In this document: one piece after another, positions 36,165 through 45,357 of the stretch
Layout of the letters: the number at the start of each line of letters is the position of its first letter
Position numbering within the stretch: position 1 is the stretch's first letter
DNA from: Bacilli bacterium
Lineage (GTDB): Bacteria; Bacillota_I; Bacilli_A; ML615J-28; CAG-698
Length of the DNA: 64,000 bases
NCBI GenBank assembly: GCA_050174575.1
Contig: JBFXJT010000007.1
Span: 6,648-70,647, forward strand
Direction: 5' to 3'
Made by a program: the position numbers and the translations under genes
The notes under the pieces: model-generated
What the model was told of the DNA's origin: nothing
The model's database searches: none
The model's input: the letters and a program-made list of their open reading frames with translations, nothing else

Positions 36165-38544
36165 CCAGTGTTACCTCTTCATAAATTGATTTCATTGTTT
36201 TGACAGTCATTTGGTTTATGTTGACTTCACCATTTTCTGAAAACAAGAGTAACCCTAAAGATGAAGGATCGGGATAAATACGGGCAGAAATAGCTTTTTC
36301 ATTGTTGAAAAAAGCTTCAATTAAAGAACGGTCGAGGTAAATATCCATGACTAAAATATTATTATCTAAAACAAATGAGCCATAGAAATTTCCTGAAATG
36401 TTTTGGTTATCGCTTAATGCACCACTTAAACCTGTTTTTACTCCTAAGGTTTTTAATGTCTCATTAAAATAAAGCGTTGTTTCTTCTAACGTAGTGGCGT
36501 TCTTGCGAACTTTTATTCCAAACAAAGTAGCATTAATGTTTTCAAATTCTACGTGAATATAAAGCATGTCACCCTTTACATCAGTTAATAGGGTGTTGGC
36601 TTCACTGATGGACTTATTGCTCATTGTGACTAATGTCTCTTGGTAATAGTCTTCTAGTGCGGATACTGGGCGAATCATTAAATCCGTTCCGTCACTGTTT
36701 AAATAAACTTCTCTAGCCAGTCCAACACAGTTTGCCCACCCAGATAAATAGACATCCGATGGTTTCCTTTGATCCTGCATGATACTGAAAAGATAAGTTT
36801 TTTGGGAAACTGGATCAATAAAACCTGAAGGGCCAGTAAAAACATTATTACCATAATCAAGTAGTCTTGGAGTCGTCCCAAAAGCAGGATCGGGAATAAA
36901 ACGACCAGCAGTTTTATCGAAAGTACCAAGCCAATAATAAATATCATTATCGGCACTGTCAGCAGGAGCAGGACTAATAATCAACATATATTTTGTAATT
37001 GTTTTACTTTCGTTTGTTACGGGAAGCATAATCGGAAGTTCCCAAACAGGCCCTAAATCGGCAGGTTGATTGACTTGTTCGTACAATTGCCCTTTGTAGG
37101 TCCAATTATTAAACGAGTCATCCTTTGTTGTATAAAGTAAAGCTGTCCCACCAGTATTGATTTTGGTACTTGATGATCCAATTAGTAAAAACCAAGTATC
37201 TTCTTCTTGCCAAACATGGGCATCACGAAATTGTCCCGATGCTCCTTGACCAGCTACTTGTTTAATAGCTAATTCATCATCGATTACCCATTCTGTTAAG
37301 TAGGGATCGGTTGGATCTTTGGGCCTAGCAATACCAATGTTTTGATTGCTTATCAAACCATCTTTTTGATAAGAGTCATTTCCAGCAGTAAATAGTAAGA
37401 CGGGAATGCCTTCATTATCATAAGTTACACCACCGCTCCATACACCATCCGGACAAACGGAATCAGCTGTTGGGGTGATAACTTCTTTTAATGGACGCCA
37501 ATTAACCATATCATCACTGATTAAATGCCCCCATCCAATATTGCGAAAATAAGGGCCAAACATATTGAATTGGAAAAATAAGTGATAATACCCATTGTAA
37601 TACATTGGAGCATGAGGTTCATTCATCCAGTGTTGATAAGGACCACCATGATATTGTGTTTTATAAAAATCATCTGTCAGAATATTTTGTAACCAAATAT
37701 CCTCAAAAGCAATTTCCGGAACTGTCTTACTTTCGTAAACTTGCTTTACATCATTTGCTTGTAAACTGGCTTCATAGACTTTTAACTCATCAATCAATCC
37801 ACTTACCATATTTAAAGTTGCCGTAGCATTCGAACCTGGATAACTATTACGAGCAATGAGGAAGGGTTCGCCCGACGCTCCCATAATGGTTGCCCCTTCG
37901 AAAAAATAATCAATGTTGACTAATTCGCCATTTAAATATATGGCCATTTCGCCTTGATCACCATCGAAGGTTGCCACAATATGATTCCATTCATATTTTT
38001 TAAGGGGATTACCTTCATCCCATAAAGTTAACCATCGGTCACCAAGACCTACTTGAAAGCTCCAAGAACCATGGCGTTGATAGCCAAGAATAAATCCTTG
38101 GTTTTCACTTTTATTGTGTTGAGAAACAATCGCTGTTAATTTATCAGTTCCATTGTCTTTGGCATTGGGATCGTCCCACTCAAAGGCCCTTGGAGCAATC
38201 CAAACACTAATTGATAATTTTGAACCGCGAATTTTTAAATCTTCTTCTTGATAACGGATAAAATTAGAATATCCATCAAACAATAAGGAGCCATTATTGA
38301 TCCCTGTTGCGCGCCACTGTGGATCCTCAGGATTTTCCATAAAGCTAGGGTTTGTGAAAACATAAGCAACAGTCGCTGGAGCTTCGTTTTTCGAAGCATC
38401 ATTCACTTTGTTGCCCTGACCTTCATCAAAAGTTAAATGTAACAATAAATCTTTTGTATAAGGGTCGCTCTTTCCACATGCATATAAACTTGAAACAATG
38501 AATAATAGGAAAAAAATAGTCAATAGTTTTTTTGTTATCATCAT
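36154..38544 (-). CDS. LamG-domain + divergent GH32-like lipoprotein (WMNEPH variant)
   Basis: 796 aa. Lipobox SSLYAC-GK. N-terminal concanavalin/LamG-like domain (LFDGYSNFIRY...LSISVWIAPRAFEW...IYLNGELV). GH32 propeller with HWMNEPH (37612-37629), FRDAHVW and VWELP. Confidence 0.8.
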   Translation of the reverse strand: MMITKKLLTIFFLLFIVSSLYACGKSDPYTKDLLLHLTFDEGQGNKVNDASKNEAPATVAYVFTNPSFMENPEDPQWRATGINNGSLLFDGYSNFIRYQEEDLKIRGSKLSISVWIAPRAFEWDDPNAKDNGTDKLTAIVSQHNKSENQGFILGYQRHGSWSFQVGLGDRWLTLWDEGNPLKKYEWNHIVATFDGDQGEMAIYLNGELVNIDYFFEGATIMGASGEPFLIARNSYPGSNATATLNMVSGLIDELKVYEASLQANDVKQVYESKTVPEIAFEDIWLQNILTDDFYKTQYHGGPYQHWMNEPHAPMYYNGYYHLFFQFNMFGPYFRNIGWGHLISDDMVNWRPLKEVITPTADSVCPDGVWSGGVTYDNEGIPVLLFTAGNDSYQKDGLISNQNIGIARPKDPTDPYLTEWVIDDELAIKQVAGQGASGQFRDAHVWQEEDTWFLLIGSSSTKINTGGTALLYTTKDDSFNNWTYKGQLYEQVNQPADLGPVWELPIMLPVTNESKTITKYMLIISPAPADSADNDIYYWLGTFDKTAGRFIPDPAFGTTPRLLDYGNNVFTGPSGFIDPVSQKTYLFSIMQDQRKPSDVYLSGWANCVGLAREVYLNSDGTDLMIRPVSALEDYYQETLVTMSNKSISEANTLLTDVKGDMLYIHVEFENINATLFGIKVRKNATTLEETTLYFNETLKTLGVKTGLSGALSDNQNISGNFYGSFVLDNNILVMDIYLDRSLIEAFFNNEKAISARIYPDPSSLGLLLFSENGEVNINQMTVKTMKSIYEEVTLDEE

Positions 38545-38555
38545 CTTTTTCCCTC

Positions 38556-40904
38556 CTAGATTGTTTTCATTTTAATTACTTGCAAAACATCAACCATAAT
38601 TTGACCATCAGCAAATAACGACATTTCCGATGCATTGTTATAAACCATCGCCGTCAATGTTTGATACCCATTGATGTATATTTCAATCATTGCTCCATCA
38701 ATAAATATTTCTAAATCTAATACTTCCCCAGGAAGAAGAGAAATTCCTCCCCCAAAGATTCCTTTCACAACACTATTTCCAGAATTAGTTGTATCAATTG
38801 AAATAAATTGATCGATTGCGTTATAATTTAGGACTGTCTTTCTCCCTAGTTGATCTTCTTTTAAAGTAAGTCCAAAATTTTGAGAATTTTCATTAGTTAA
38901 TTGAACATGCAAGTATAACTGATTGCCGACCACTGATGCTAAAGCTTGGTTTGCAAATTCAATATTAGTATCTTTTTTATCAACAATGACATCAGTTTTT
39001 AAATTATTTAATTCGTTTAAAGGGGTAATTTTTAAACTGCCGGCATCATCAAGTGACAATTGACGAGGAATACCAGCAGTATGGGCCCATCCTGCATCAT
39101 AATCTTGATGACCATTTCGTTGGCCTTGAATAATGCTACAAATTAAAACACGTCCTGTTAGGGGATCCGTCGAAACCGTTGGCCCCGTAAACACATTGTT
39201 CCCAAAATCCATTAATTTTGGATCTTCATGTTCAGGAATAAAAGTCATCGTTGTTTTATCGAAGTCCCCCAAATAATAGTAAATATCATTATCCGCACCA
39301 GAACCCGCGGGAGAAAACGCAAATATATACTTAGAAACTGTTTTATTAGCGTTCGTTATTTTCGCAAGATTTACTAATTCCCATGTCGTACCCATATAAT
39401 TATGATAAACAGAAGGCATGAACAGTTCGCCTTGATAATCCCAATTCAAAAAAGAATCGTCTTGAGTTGTAAATACTTGGGCAGTTCCTTTATTATCATA
39501 ACGAGCAGATCCGACAAACATGTAGTAAGTTCCATCTTCAAAATAAATATTTGGATCACGAAATTCGTTTGTTTTGGCCATTGATGGTGTTGAGACGGCT
39601 ACTAATTGATCGCTTACATCCCACTCCGTTAAATCAGGATCGCTTAAATCTTTCGGTATTGCAATGGCGATATTTTGATTGCTCCATTGCCCAAAGCTTT
39701 TGGCATCATCACCGGCTGTAAAAAATAATACGGGTGTTCCATCAGCTTTGTATGACGCTCCTCCCGACCAAATACCATCAGGACAAACAGAATTTTTCAT
39801 AAGAATAATGGCTTCTTTCACATTGCGCCAATTGACCATATCAGGACTTACCCAATGACCCCATGCAATTTGCCGCCAGTATGGCCCAGTAAGATTAAAT
39901 TGATAAAACAAATGGTAATTTCCATTGAAATAAAACAAAGCATGTGGTTCATTCATCCAATGTTGAGGTGGTGAAGCATGATATTGAGGTTTGTATATAT
40001 CATCATCTAGCAATTCGTCATTAAGCCAAGCATCTTTAAAATCAATGGCTTTCATGCGGTTTTTTTGTACAAAACTGTTGTGATAGGCTATTATATCCTC
40101 TTCTTTAATTGATGCTTGGTAAATTTTAAGTTCGTCCATTAAACCATTGAACATATTAATTTCATAAAGGCCTGTTTTTTGGGGAACCTGGCTTTTTCCG
40201 ATATACAAAGATGTATTCGCAGCAATAATCTCGCCAAATACATCATTGTGAAAATTAATTATTTCCCCGTTTTTGTATATCCCCATAAATCCGTTTGTTC
40301 CATCAAAAACAAAGGTAAGATGATTCCAAGTATAACGGTCAAGATCATTCCACTCATTCCAAAGTTTAACCCAGCGATCGCCAAGTCCTATTTGAAAGGA
40401 ATATTCACCATATTTATGCATGCCGATAACAAAACCTTGATTTTCTGACATGATGTATTGCCCTAAAACAACTTGCAAATGCTCCGTTCCGTTAACAACT
40501 GCTCCTGGAACATCCCATTCAAACATCCTTGGGCTAATGAATAAATCAATAGTTAAGTTAGGACCGCTAATTTGAATATCCTGATAATCATATTTTATAT
40601 AATTCGAATAACCATCAAAGGCTAAACATGCACCACTAATTGCTGAATTTGTAATCCAAGTTGGATCAATCGATTGCTTGTATTCAGCATCCGTGAAGAC
40701 ATATTCAATCGTGGCTTTTGTCATTGTTGTTTGTTCAGTAAGTTCGTTACCTTCATTTTCATCAAAAGAAGTTGCAAATATTAATTTATCTTGATAAGGG
40801 TCATGATAATCGTGATAATAAATTGCATCCTCCTCTGTTTTTGCACAACCAATAAAGGCCATCATTAAACAAAAAACTGTGATAATTAATAAACCTTTTT
40901 TCAA
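38556..40904 (-). CDS. LamG-domain + divergent GH32-like lipoprotein (WMNEPH variant), paralog of the downstream gene
   Basis: 782 aa with a TTG start after GGAAGTGG. Lipobox AFIGC-AK. Same architecture as the paralog, with HWMNEPH (39942-39959), FRDPNIY and TWELV. Confidence 0.8.
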   Translation of the reverse strand: MKKGLLIITVFCLMMAFIGCAKTEEDAIYYHDYHDPYQDKLIFATSFDENEGNELTEQTTMTKATIEYVFTDAEYKQSIDPTWITNSAISGACLAFDGYSNYIKYDYQDIQISGPNLTIDLFISPRMFEWDVPGAVVNGTEHLQVVLGQYIMSENQGFVIGMHKYGEYSFQIGLGDRWVKLWNEWNDLDRYTWNHLTFVFDGTNGFMGIYKNGEIINFHNDVFGEIIAANTSLYIGKSQVPQKTGLYEINMFNGLMDELKIYQASIKEEDIIAYHNSFVQKNRMKAIDFKDAWLNDELLDDDIYKPQYHASPPQHWMNEPHALFYFNGNYHLFYQFNLTGPYWRQIAWGHWVSPDMVNWRNVKEAIILMKNSVCPDGIWSGGASYKADGTPVLFFTAGDDAKSFGQWSNQNIAIAIPKDLSDPDLTEWDVSDQLVAVSTPSMAKTNEFRDPNIYFEDGTYYMFVGSARYDNKGTAQVFTTQDDSFLNWDYQGELFMPSVYHNYMGTTWELVNLAKITNANKTVSKYIFAFSPAGSGADNDIYYYLGDFDKTTMTFIPEHEDPKLMDFGNNVFTGPTVSTDPLTGRVLICSIIQGQRNGHQDYDAGWAHTAGIPRQLSLDDAGSLKITPLNELNNLKTDVIVDKKDTNIEFANQALASVVGNQLYLHVQLTNENSQNFGLTLKEDQLGRKTVLNYNAIDQFISIDTTNSGNSVVKGIFGGGISLLPGEVLDLEIFIDGAMIEIYINGYQTLTAMVYNNASEMSLFADGQIMVDVLQVIKMKTI

Positions 40905-40916
40905 ATTACCACTTCC

Positions 40917-41843
40917 TTACTTCAATCCAGTAAAAGCGACACCTTCAATAATATATCTTTGAGCAAAAATATAAACTAAGGCGATCGGAATCGTACTAAA
41001 TGTTAAGGATGCCATAACTAAAGAAATATCTTTCGGATTAAAATTATTAATCAACTGTAAAAATACTTGCAAAGGTTGTTGCACTGGATTAGAGAACATT
41101 AATTGTGCAAACACATATTCGTTCCAACTTCCCATAAATGTAAAAATAGCGACTGTTGCAAATACTGGCAATGATAGAGGAACAATAACCTTAAAGAAGG
41201 TTGTTAATTTACTAGCACCATCAACATAAGCTGCTTCTTCTAATTCTTTAGGAATTCCCAAGAAAAAAGCCCGAAACATGAAGATATAAAAGGGACTAAC
41301 AATACCTGGTAATAAATAACCAATGACTCTCAATTCTGCTGTCAATAATCCCAAATTTTTTAAAATAACATACAAAGGAACAATAGAAGTCTCAACAGGA
41401 ACAATTAATATTAAAATAATGATACTAACGATGGTTTTATGACCAGGAAAAACAAAACGAGACAACGCATAACCGGCAAGTGAGTTAACTAATAAAACAC
41501 CTGTAATCGAAATTGTTGCATAAATGACACTGTTAAGAATGGATCTTCCAAAATTATCAAAAGTTGCAAATAAATTTTGATAAGATAAAAACCATTTGCT
41601 GATATTCCAAGTAGCTGGTAAAAAGGTTTTTATGGAATTGATGGAGGCATACACTTCTGCTTGAGTTTTAAAACTATTCGAAAGCATCCATACTACAGGA
41701 AATAAAAAGATAATGCATAGCACGATTAAAAAAATTCTAAATAATGTTTTCGCAATTATTTCACGAACTGAGTAATGTCTTTTTTGTTTTTTAGGCAATT
41801 GTAGTATTGATAATGGAATGTTTTTTCGCTTCTTTTTCATCAT
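40917..41843 (-). CDS. carbohydrate ABC transporter permease (MalG-like)
   Basis: Six TM helices and an EAA-type loop (ELEEAAYVDGASKLTTFFKVIVP). Start placed at MMKKKRKN (41843 or 41840) after GAGGTG, rather than the track start that overlaps the upstream gene. Confidence 0.9.
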   Translation of the reverse strand: MMKKKRKNIPLSILQLPKKQKRHYSVREIIAKTLFRIFLIVLCIIFLFPVVWMLSNSFKTQAEVYASINSIKTFLPATWNISKWFLSYQNLFATFDNFGRSILNSVIYATISITGVLLVNSLAGYALSRFVFPGHKTIVSIIILILIVPVETSIVPLYVILKNLGLLTAELRVIGYLLPGIVSPFYIFMFRAFFLGIPKELEEAAYVDGASKLTTFFKVIVPLSLPVFATVAIFTFMGSWNEYVFAQLMFSNPVQQPLQVFLQLINNFNPKDISLVMASLTFSTIPIALVYIFAQRYIIEGVAFTGLK

Positions 41844-41850
41844 TATCACC

Positions 41851-42783
41851 TCAAATTGTGTTATCTTTCTCAAAGACTTTTCTTAAGGTTAAAGCAATCG
41901 TAGCCATAAAGATGGTATAAATTAAAGCGATGGCACTTGAATAACCAACATCCCGGAAATTAATACCTTGCAAATAAATATAATAAGACATCGTTAAGGT
42001 CCGGTCAATCGGACCTCCTCTTGTCATAATCATTGGTTGGGTAATCAACCTAAATGCCCCAATCATCATTGTAATCAGCACAAATGAGAATGTAGGCTTG
42101 ATGCTAGGAAGGGTAATCCGCCAGAATTGTTGGAATTTATTCGCTCCATCGATGCTTGATGCTTCATACAGCTCTTTTGGAATATTTTTTAGTGCTGACA
42201 AGAAAATTAACATTTGGTAACCTGCTCCCTGCCAAGCAGAAATCATGACAATTAAATCCATGGCTTGTTCGGGATCGCTTAAGAAAAGTTGTCTCGATAA
42301 ACCAATAGTTTCAAGGAGGGCATTTATCAATCCATCTTGCTCATTCAATAAGTTAATCCATAACATCGATGTGACCGCCAATGACAACATTGTTGGCACA
42401 AAGAATGCCCATCTAAAAAAGGTATTTCCCTTCATTGGCTTATTTAAAATCAAGGCTAACAAAAGAGCTGCACCAAGTTGTAACGGAATAACTTTTAAAA
42501 CAAATTCCATTGTGTTTTTAAATGCTTGAAGAAGAATTTTATCTTGAAAGGCATTTTTAAAGTTTGCAAAACCAATAAAAGTTGTATTATTTAACTCTAA
42601 TAAATTGGCATCTGTAAACGAATAGGCTAGAGAAATAACAATGGGCATAATGACAAATATAATTCCTAAAATAACAGCAGGAAGCAAAAAACTCCAACCT
42701 ATAATCGTATCAGAAGTTCGGTATGTTTTCCCAAATAATTTAAAATACATTCGGGTATTTGGTTTTTTTACAGATCCTACCAT
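41851..42783 (-). CDS. carbohydrate ABC transporter permease (MalF-like)
   Basis: 310 aa. EAA loop ELYEASSIDGANKFQQFWRITLP. Confidence 0.9.
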   Translation of the reverse strand: MVGSVKKPNTRMYFKLFGKTYRTSDTIIGWSFLLPAVILGIIFVIMPIVISLAYSFTDANLLELNNTTFIGFANFKNAFQDKILLQAFKNTMEFVLKVIPLQLGAALLLALILNKPMKGNTFFRWAFFVPTMLSLAVTSMLWINLLNEQDGLINALLETIGLSRQLFLSDPEQAMDLIVMISAWQGAGYQMLIFLSALKNIPKELYEASSIDGANKFQQFWRITLPSIKPTFSFVLITMMIGAFRLITQPMIMTRGGPIDRTLTMSYYIYLQGINFRDVGYSSAIALIYTIFMATIALTLRKVFEKDNTI

Positions 42784-42793
42784 TTTTCACCTC

Positions 42794-44134
42794 TTAATTG
42801 TCAATTTGAACGACTTGAGTGTCAATGTAATCTTCTAAATTGTATTCTGTTGTTCCATTCATTGTTTCGATGTATTCAATAATTTTACTGTAGCTACTAC
42901 TTACTTTAGGATAGTTGATCATTTTTGGTCGGGGAGTAGCAATTTCTTGTAAAATAGTTGCTAATGAACCTAAAGCTCCCGTTTGGAATCCTGTTAAATC
43001 ATTCAAAAGTGATTTATGGGTTGGAAATGTTCCAATTGATTCATACATTAATTGGCTTCCAGTAACTCCTGTTATATAAGCAACAGCAATCGCTGCTGAA
43101 GCAGGATCGGATGAATTAACCGTTACTCCAAATCCCCATGAACCACAACCAGCAACCGGCGTTCCTTTTGTAGTTTCGTCTTCATAAACAGGCATCGGCA
43201 TAATTCCATAACTTGGAATAAAAGTATTATAATTTTTCTTAATCGTCGAAATATTCCATGGTCCGTGAATTTCAAAAGCGCATTCTCCACCTGCTAAAGC
43301 ATCTGTATTGCTGCCATTGTAAACCCAAGGTTCGCCATCATCATCGGGGTTGAAGAACATTTCTAACATTTTAATTCCTTTAATAGAATTAGAAGAGTTA
43401 AGGGCACCATCAACGACTTCATTGGCGCCAAAGAAACTCCCACCTGAAGAATATATTAATGATGAATATAAATACATGACACCTTCATCGCCACCAAATC
43501 CTAAGTTCAATTTAATTCGATATTCAAGGTTGGCAGCTTTTAGGGCAACCATTGCTTCCATAACATCAAGCCAAGACCAAGGATTAGTAACTGTCCCAAA
43601 ATCTTCTTCATCATAACCAACTTGCTTTAATAAATCCTTATTAAAATACATTCCAGTTGGCGCATCCATACCGGATAAAGCATATAATTTTCCATCAATC
43701 GTACTTTGTTCGATGACGCTGTCAACATAACTCGAAGTAATATCAGTTGTTAAATATTGATCAATCGGTGCTAAAATGCCCGCATCAGCATAAGCAGCTA
43801 TATTAGGGGCATCAACAGCAACAATGTCAGGAAGTCCTCCTGATAGAATTTCCGCGTTGATTGCTGTTTGTAAAGTATCAGAACTGTTTTTAAATTCTAA
43901 TTTCATTTTTAAAATTCTTGTTCCATCAGCAGTTTTTAATTGTTGTTCATTAAACAATTCAGCAATTGTGGAATAAACAATCCCTTCATCTTCTGCTTCG
44001 GATTTATGAACCCAAACCTTAATTACTTTTACCTCGTCCGTATCTTCATCTTCTGCTGGACCACAACCAACAAACACCAAGAAACTAAGCAAAAGTACCA
44101 TAACACTTAAAAAAAGTTTTCCAAAATTTTTCAT
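42794..44134 (-). CDS. extracellular sugar-binding lipoprotein of the ABC transporter
   Basis: 446 aa. Lipobox LVFVGC-GP. Family-1 solute-binding protein features. First gene after the promoter. Confidence 0.85.
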   Translation of the reverse strand: MKNFGKLFLSVMVLLLSFLVFVGCGPAEDEDTDEVKVIKVWVHKSEAEDEGIVYSTIAELFNEQQLKTADGTRILKMKLEFKNSSDTLQTAINAEILSGGLPDIVAVDAPNIAAYADAGILAPIDQYLTTDITSSYVDSVIEQSTIDGKLYALSGMDAPTGMYFNKDLLKQVGYDEEDFGTVTNPWSWLDVMEAMVALKAANLEYRIKLNLGFGGDEGVMYLYSSLIYSSGGSFFGANEVVDGALNSSNSIKGIKMLEMFFNPDDDGEPWVYNGSNTDALAGGECAFEIHGPWNISTIKKNYNTFIPSYGIMPMPVYEDETTKGTPVAGCGSWGFGVTVNSSDPASAAIAVAYITGVTGSQLMYESIGTFPTHKSLLNDLTGFQTGALGSLATILQEIATPRPKMINYPKVSSSYSKIIEYIETMNGTTEYNLEDYIDTQVVQIDN

Positions 44135-44223
44135 TTTCGTTCATCCTTTCTTATTATTGTTGAAAATGTGAAAATAGTTTGTTTTATAAAGTGAAAAAGA
44201 GATCTAGAAAATACAAATTTAAG

Positions 44224-44237
44224 TGGAATCGTTTCCA
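44224..44237 (-). promoter_or_regulatory. LacI-type palindromic operator, site 1
   Basis: TGGAATCGTTTCCA is a near-perfect palindrome around the central CG. It lies in the 5' UTR, about 90 nt upstream of the SBP start codon. Confidence 0.55.
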
Positions 44238-44279
44238 TGTTTTGCTAAAAAAAAGAAAAAATCTTATTTTTTTAAAATG

Positions 44280-44293
44280 TGGAAACGATTCCT
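44280..44293 (-). promoter_or_regulatory. LacI-type palindromic operator, site 2
   Basis: TGGAAACGATTCCT is the inverted copy of site 1 (both share GGAATCGTTTCCA). It sits immediately downstream of the predicted -10 and transcription start. Confidence 0.55.
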
Positions 44294-44305
44294 CTAGTTG
44301 CTTTT

Positions 44306-44334
44306 ATTTTAAACCACCCCGTTTTTTTTGTCAA
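44306..44334 (-). promoter_or_regulatory. near-consensus sigma-A promoter of the fructan locus
   Basis: On the minus strand: TTGACA (44329-44334), 17 nt, TAAAAT (44306-44311). Confidence 0.7.
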
Positions 44335-44360
44335 GCGTTTTCTTTTATTATTTTTTAAAA

Positions 44361-44391
44361 ATAAAAAATACTATGGCGTTTCCCATAGTAT
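44361..44391 (-). terminator. intrinsic terminator after tRNA-Ser(CGA)
   Basis: Minus strand reads ATACTATGG-GAAACG-CCATAGTAT followed by TTTTTTATTTTT. Confidence 0.75.
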
Positions 44392-44436
44392 CTAAAAACT
44401 GATTGTTATTCTCTTCTTATTTTCTTAATAATTTAA

Positions 44437-44527
44437 TGGCGGAGGAGAAGGGATTTGAACCCTTGCACCGTTTTACCGATCTGCTCGCTTTCGAGACGAG
44501 TCCCTTCAGCCGCTTGGGTACTCCTCC
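44437..44527 (-). tRNA. tRNA-Ser (anticodon CGA)
   Basis: 91 nt. GGAGGAG acceptor, anticodon stem-loop CTCGT-CTCGAAA-GCGAG, long variable arm, T-arm AAGGGTTCAAATCCCTT, encoded CCA. Confidence 0.9.
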
Positions 44528-44533
44528 AAATTT

Positions 44534-45331
44534 CTAGTCATTTTTTGTTTTTAAAAATTCATAAAAGTCGTTAACAACCTGTACTAATTCCCAATCTAAA
44601 TACTCTAAAGCCTGAATTTTTAAATCGTCTGGAATACCATAGTATGCTTCCGCAAGATTACCTGTAATTGCTCCTAGTGTATCACTATCACCACCAATGG
44701 AAATGGCATTTCGAATGGCATCTTCAAAAGAATATGATTCAAAAAAAGCAACAATTGCTTGAGGAACAGTTCCTTGGCAAGTCTCATCAAAAGTGTAATT
44801 GTCCCTTATTTGATCCAAAGTAAAATTAAGAGCATAATAATGAGCTTTAATGAATGCTCGCATTACTTCAATGGATGTTTTCTTTTTCGCAAGCACCATC
44901 AACCTTGCGATTGCTTCTGCACCCTTCATTCCTTCAGGATGGTTATGAGTGATAGCAGTTACTTTCTCGGATAAACTGATGGCCTCTTCTTCCGTTCTCG
45001 CAATCAATCCTACCGGACCAATGCGCATTGCTGCACCATTACCATAACTACCGTATGGTTCAGGTTTCGAAGTAAAAAGCCAACGAAAAAAATTACCCCC
45101 ATAACCCACATCAGGGTATAAGTTTCCAAAATAACGCATTTGTTCAATAGCCCTTGCTGATAATTTTTGATAATCACCTTGACAATCCATCAAGGCTTTT
45201 CCGATAGCTATTGACATTACTGAGTCATCAGTAAAAAAACAATTGGGTGTGAATAATGAAAATTCTTTACTTTTATTATTATCCCACTCAAATCTAGAAC
45301 CAACAATATCACCAATTATGGCTCCTAGCAT
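44534..45331 (-). CDS. ADP-ribosylglycohydrolase family protein
   Basis: 265 aa. N-terminus MLGAIIGDIVGSRFEW, ...FTDDSVMS... and ...GGDSDTLGAITG... are typical of the DraG/ARH fold. Confidence 0.85.
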   Translation of the reverse strand: MLGAIIGDIVGSRFEWDNNKSKEFSLFTPNCFFTDDSVMSIAIGKALMDCQGDYQKLSARAIEQMRYFGNLYPDVGYGGNFFRWLFTSKPEPYGSYGNGAAMRIGPVGLIARTEEEAISLSEKVTAITHNHPEGMKGAEAIARLMVLAKKKTSIEVMRAFIKAHYYALNFTLDQIRDNYTFDETCQGTVPQAIVAFFESYSFEDAIRNAISIGGDSDTLGAITGNLAEAYYGIPDDLKIQALEYLDWELVQVVNDFYEFLKTKND

Positions 45332-45357
45332 GTTTTTTCTCCTTACTAATTATTTTA

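Noticed and set aside
29310-44527. Fructan locus as a tRNA-Ser-associated genomic island
   Set aside because: No integrase, no transposase, and no direct repeat of the tRNA 3' end were seen at the far boundary. Codon and AT character look like the rest of the window.
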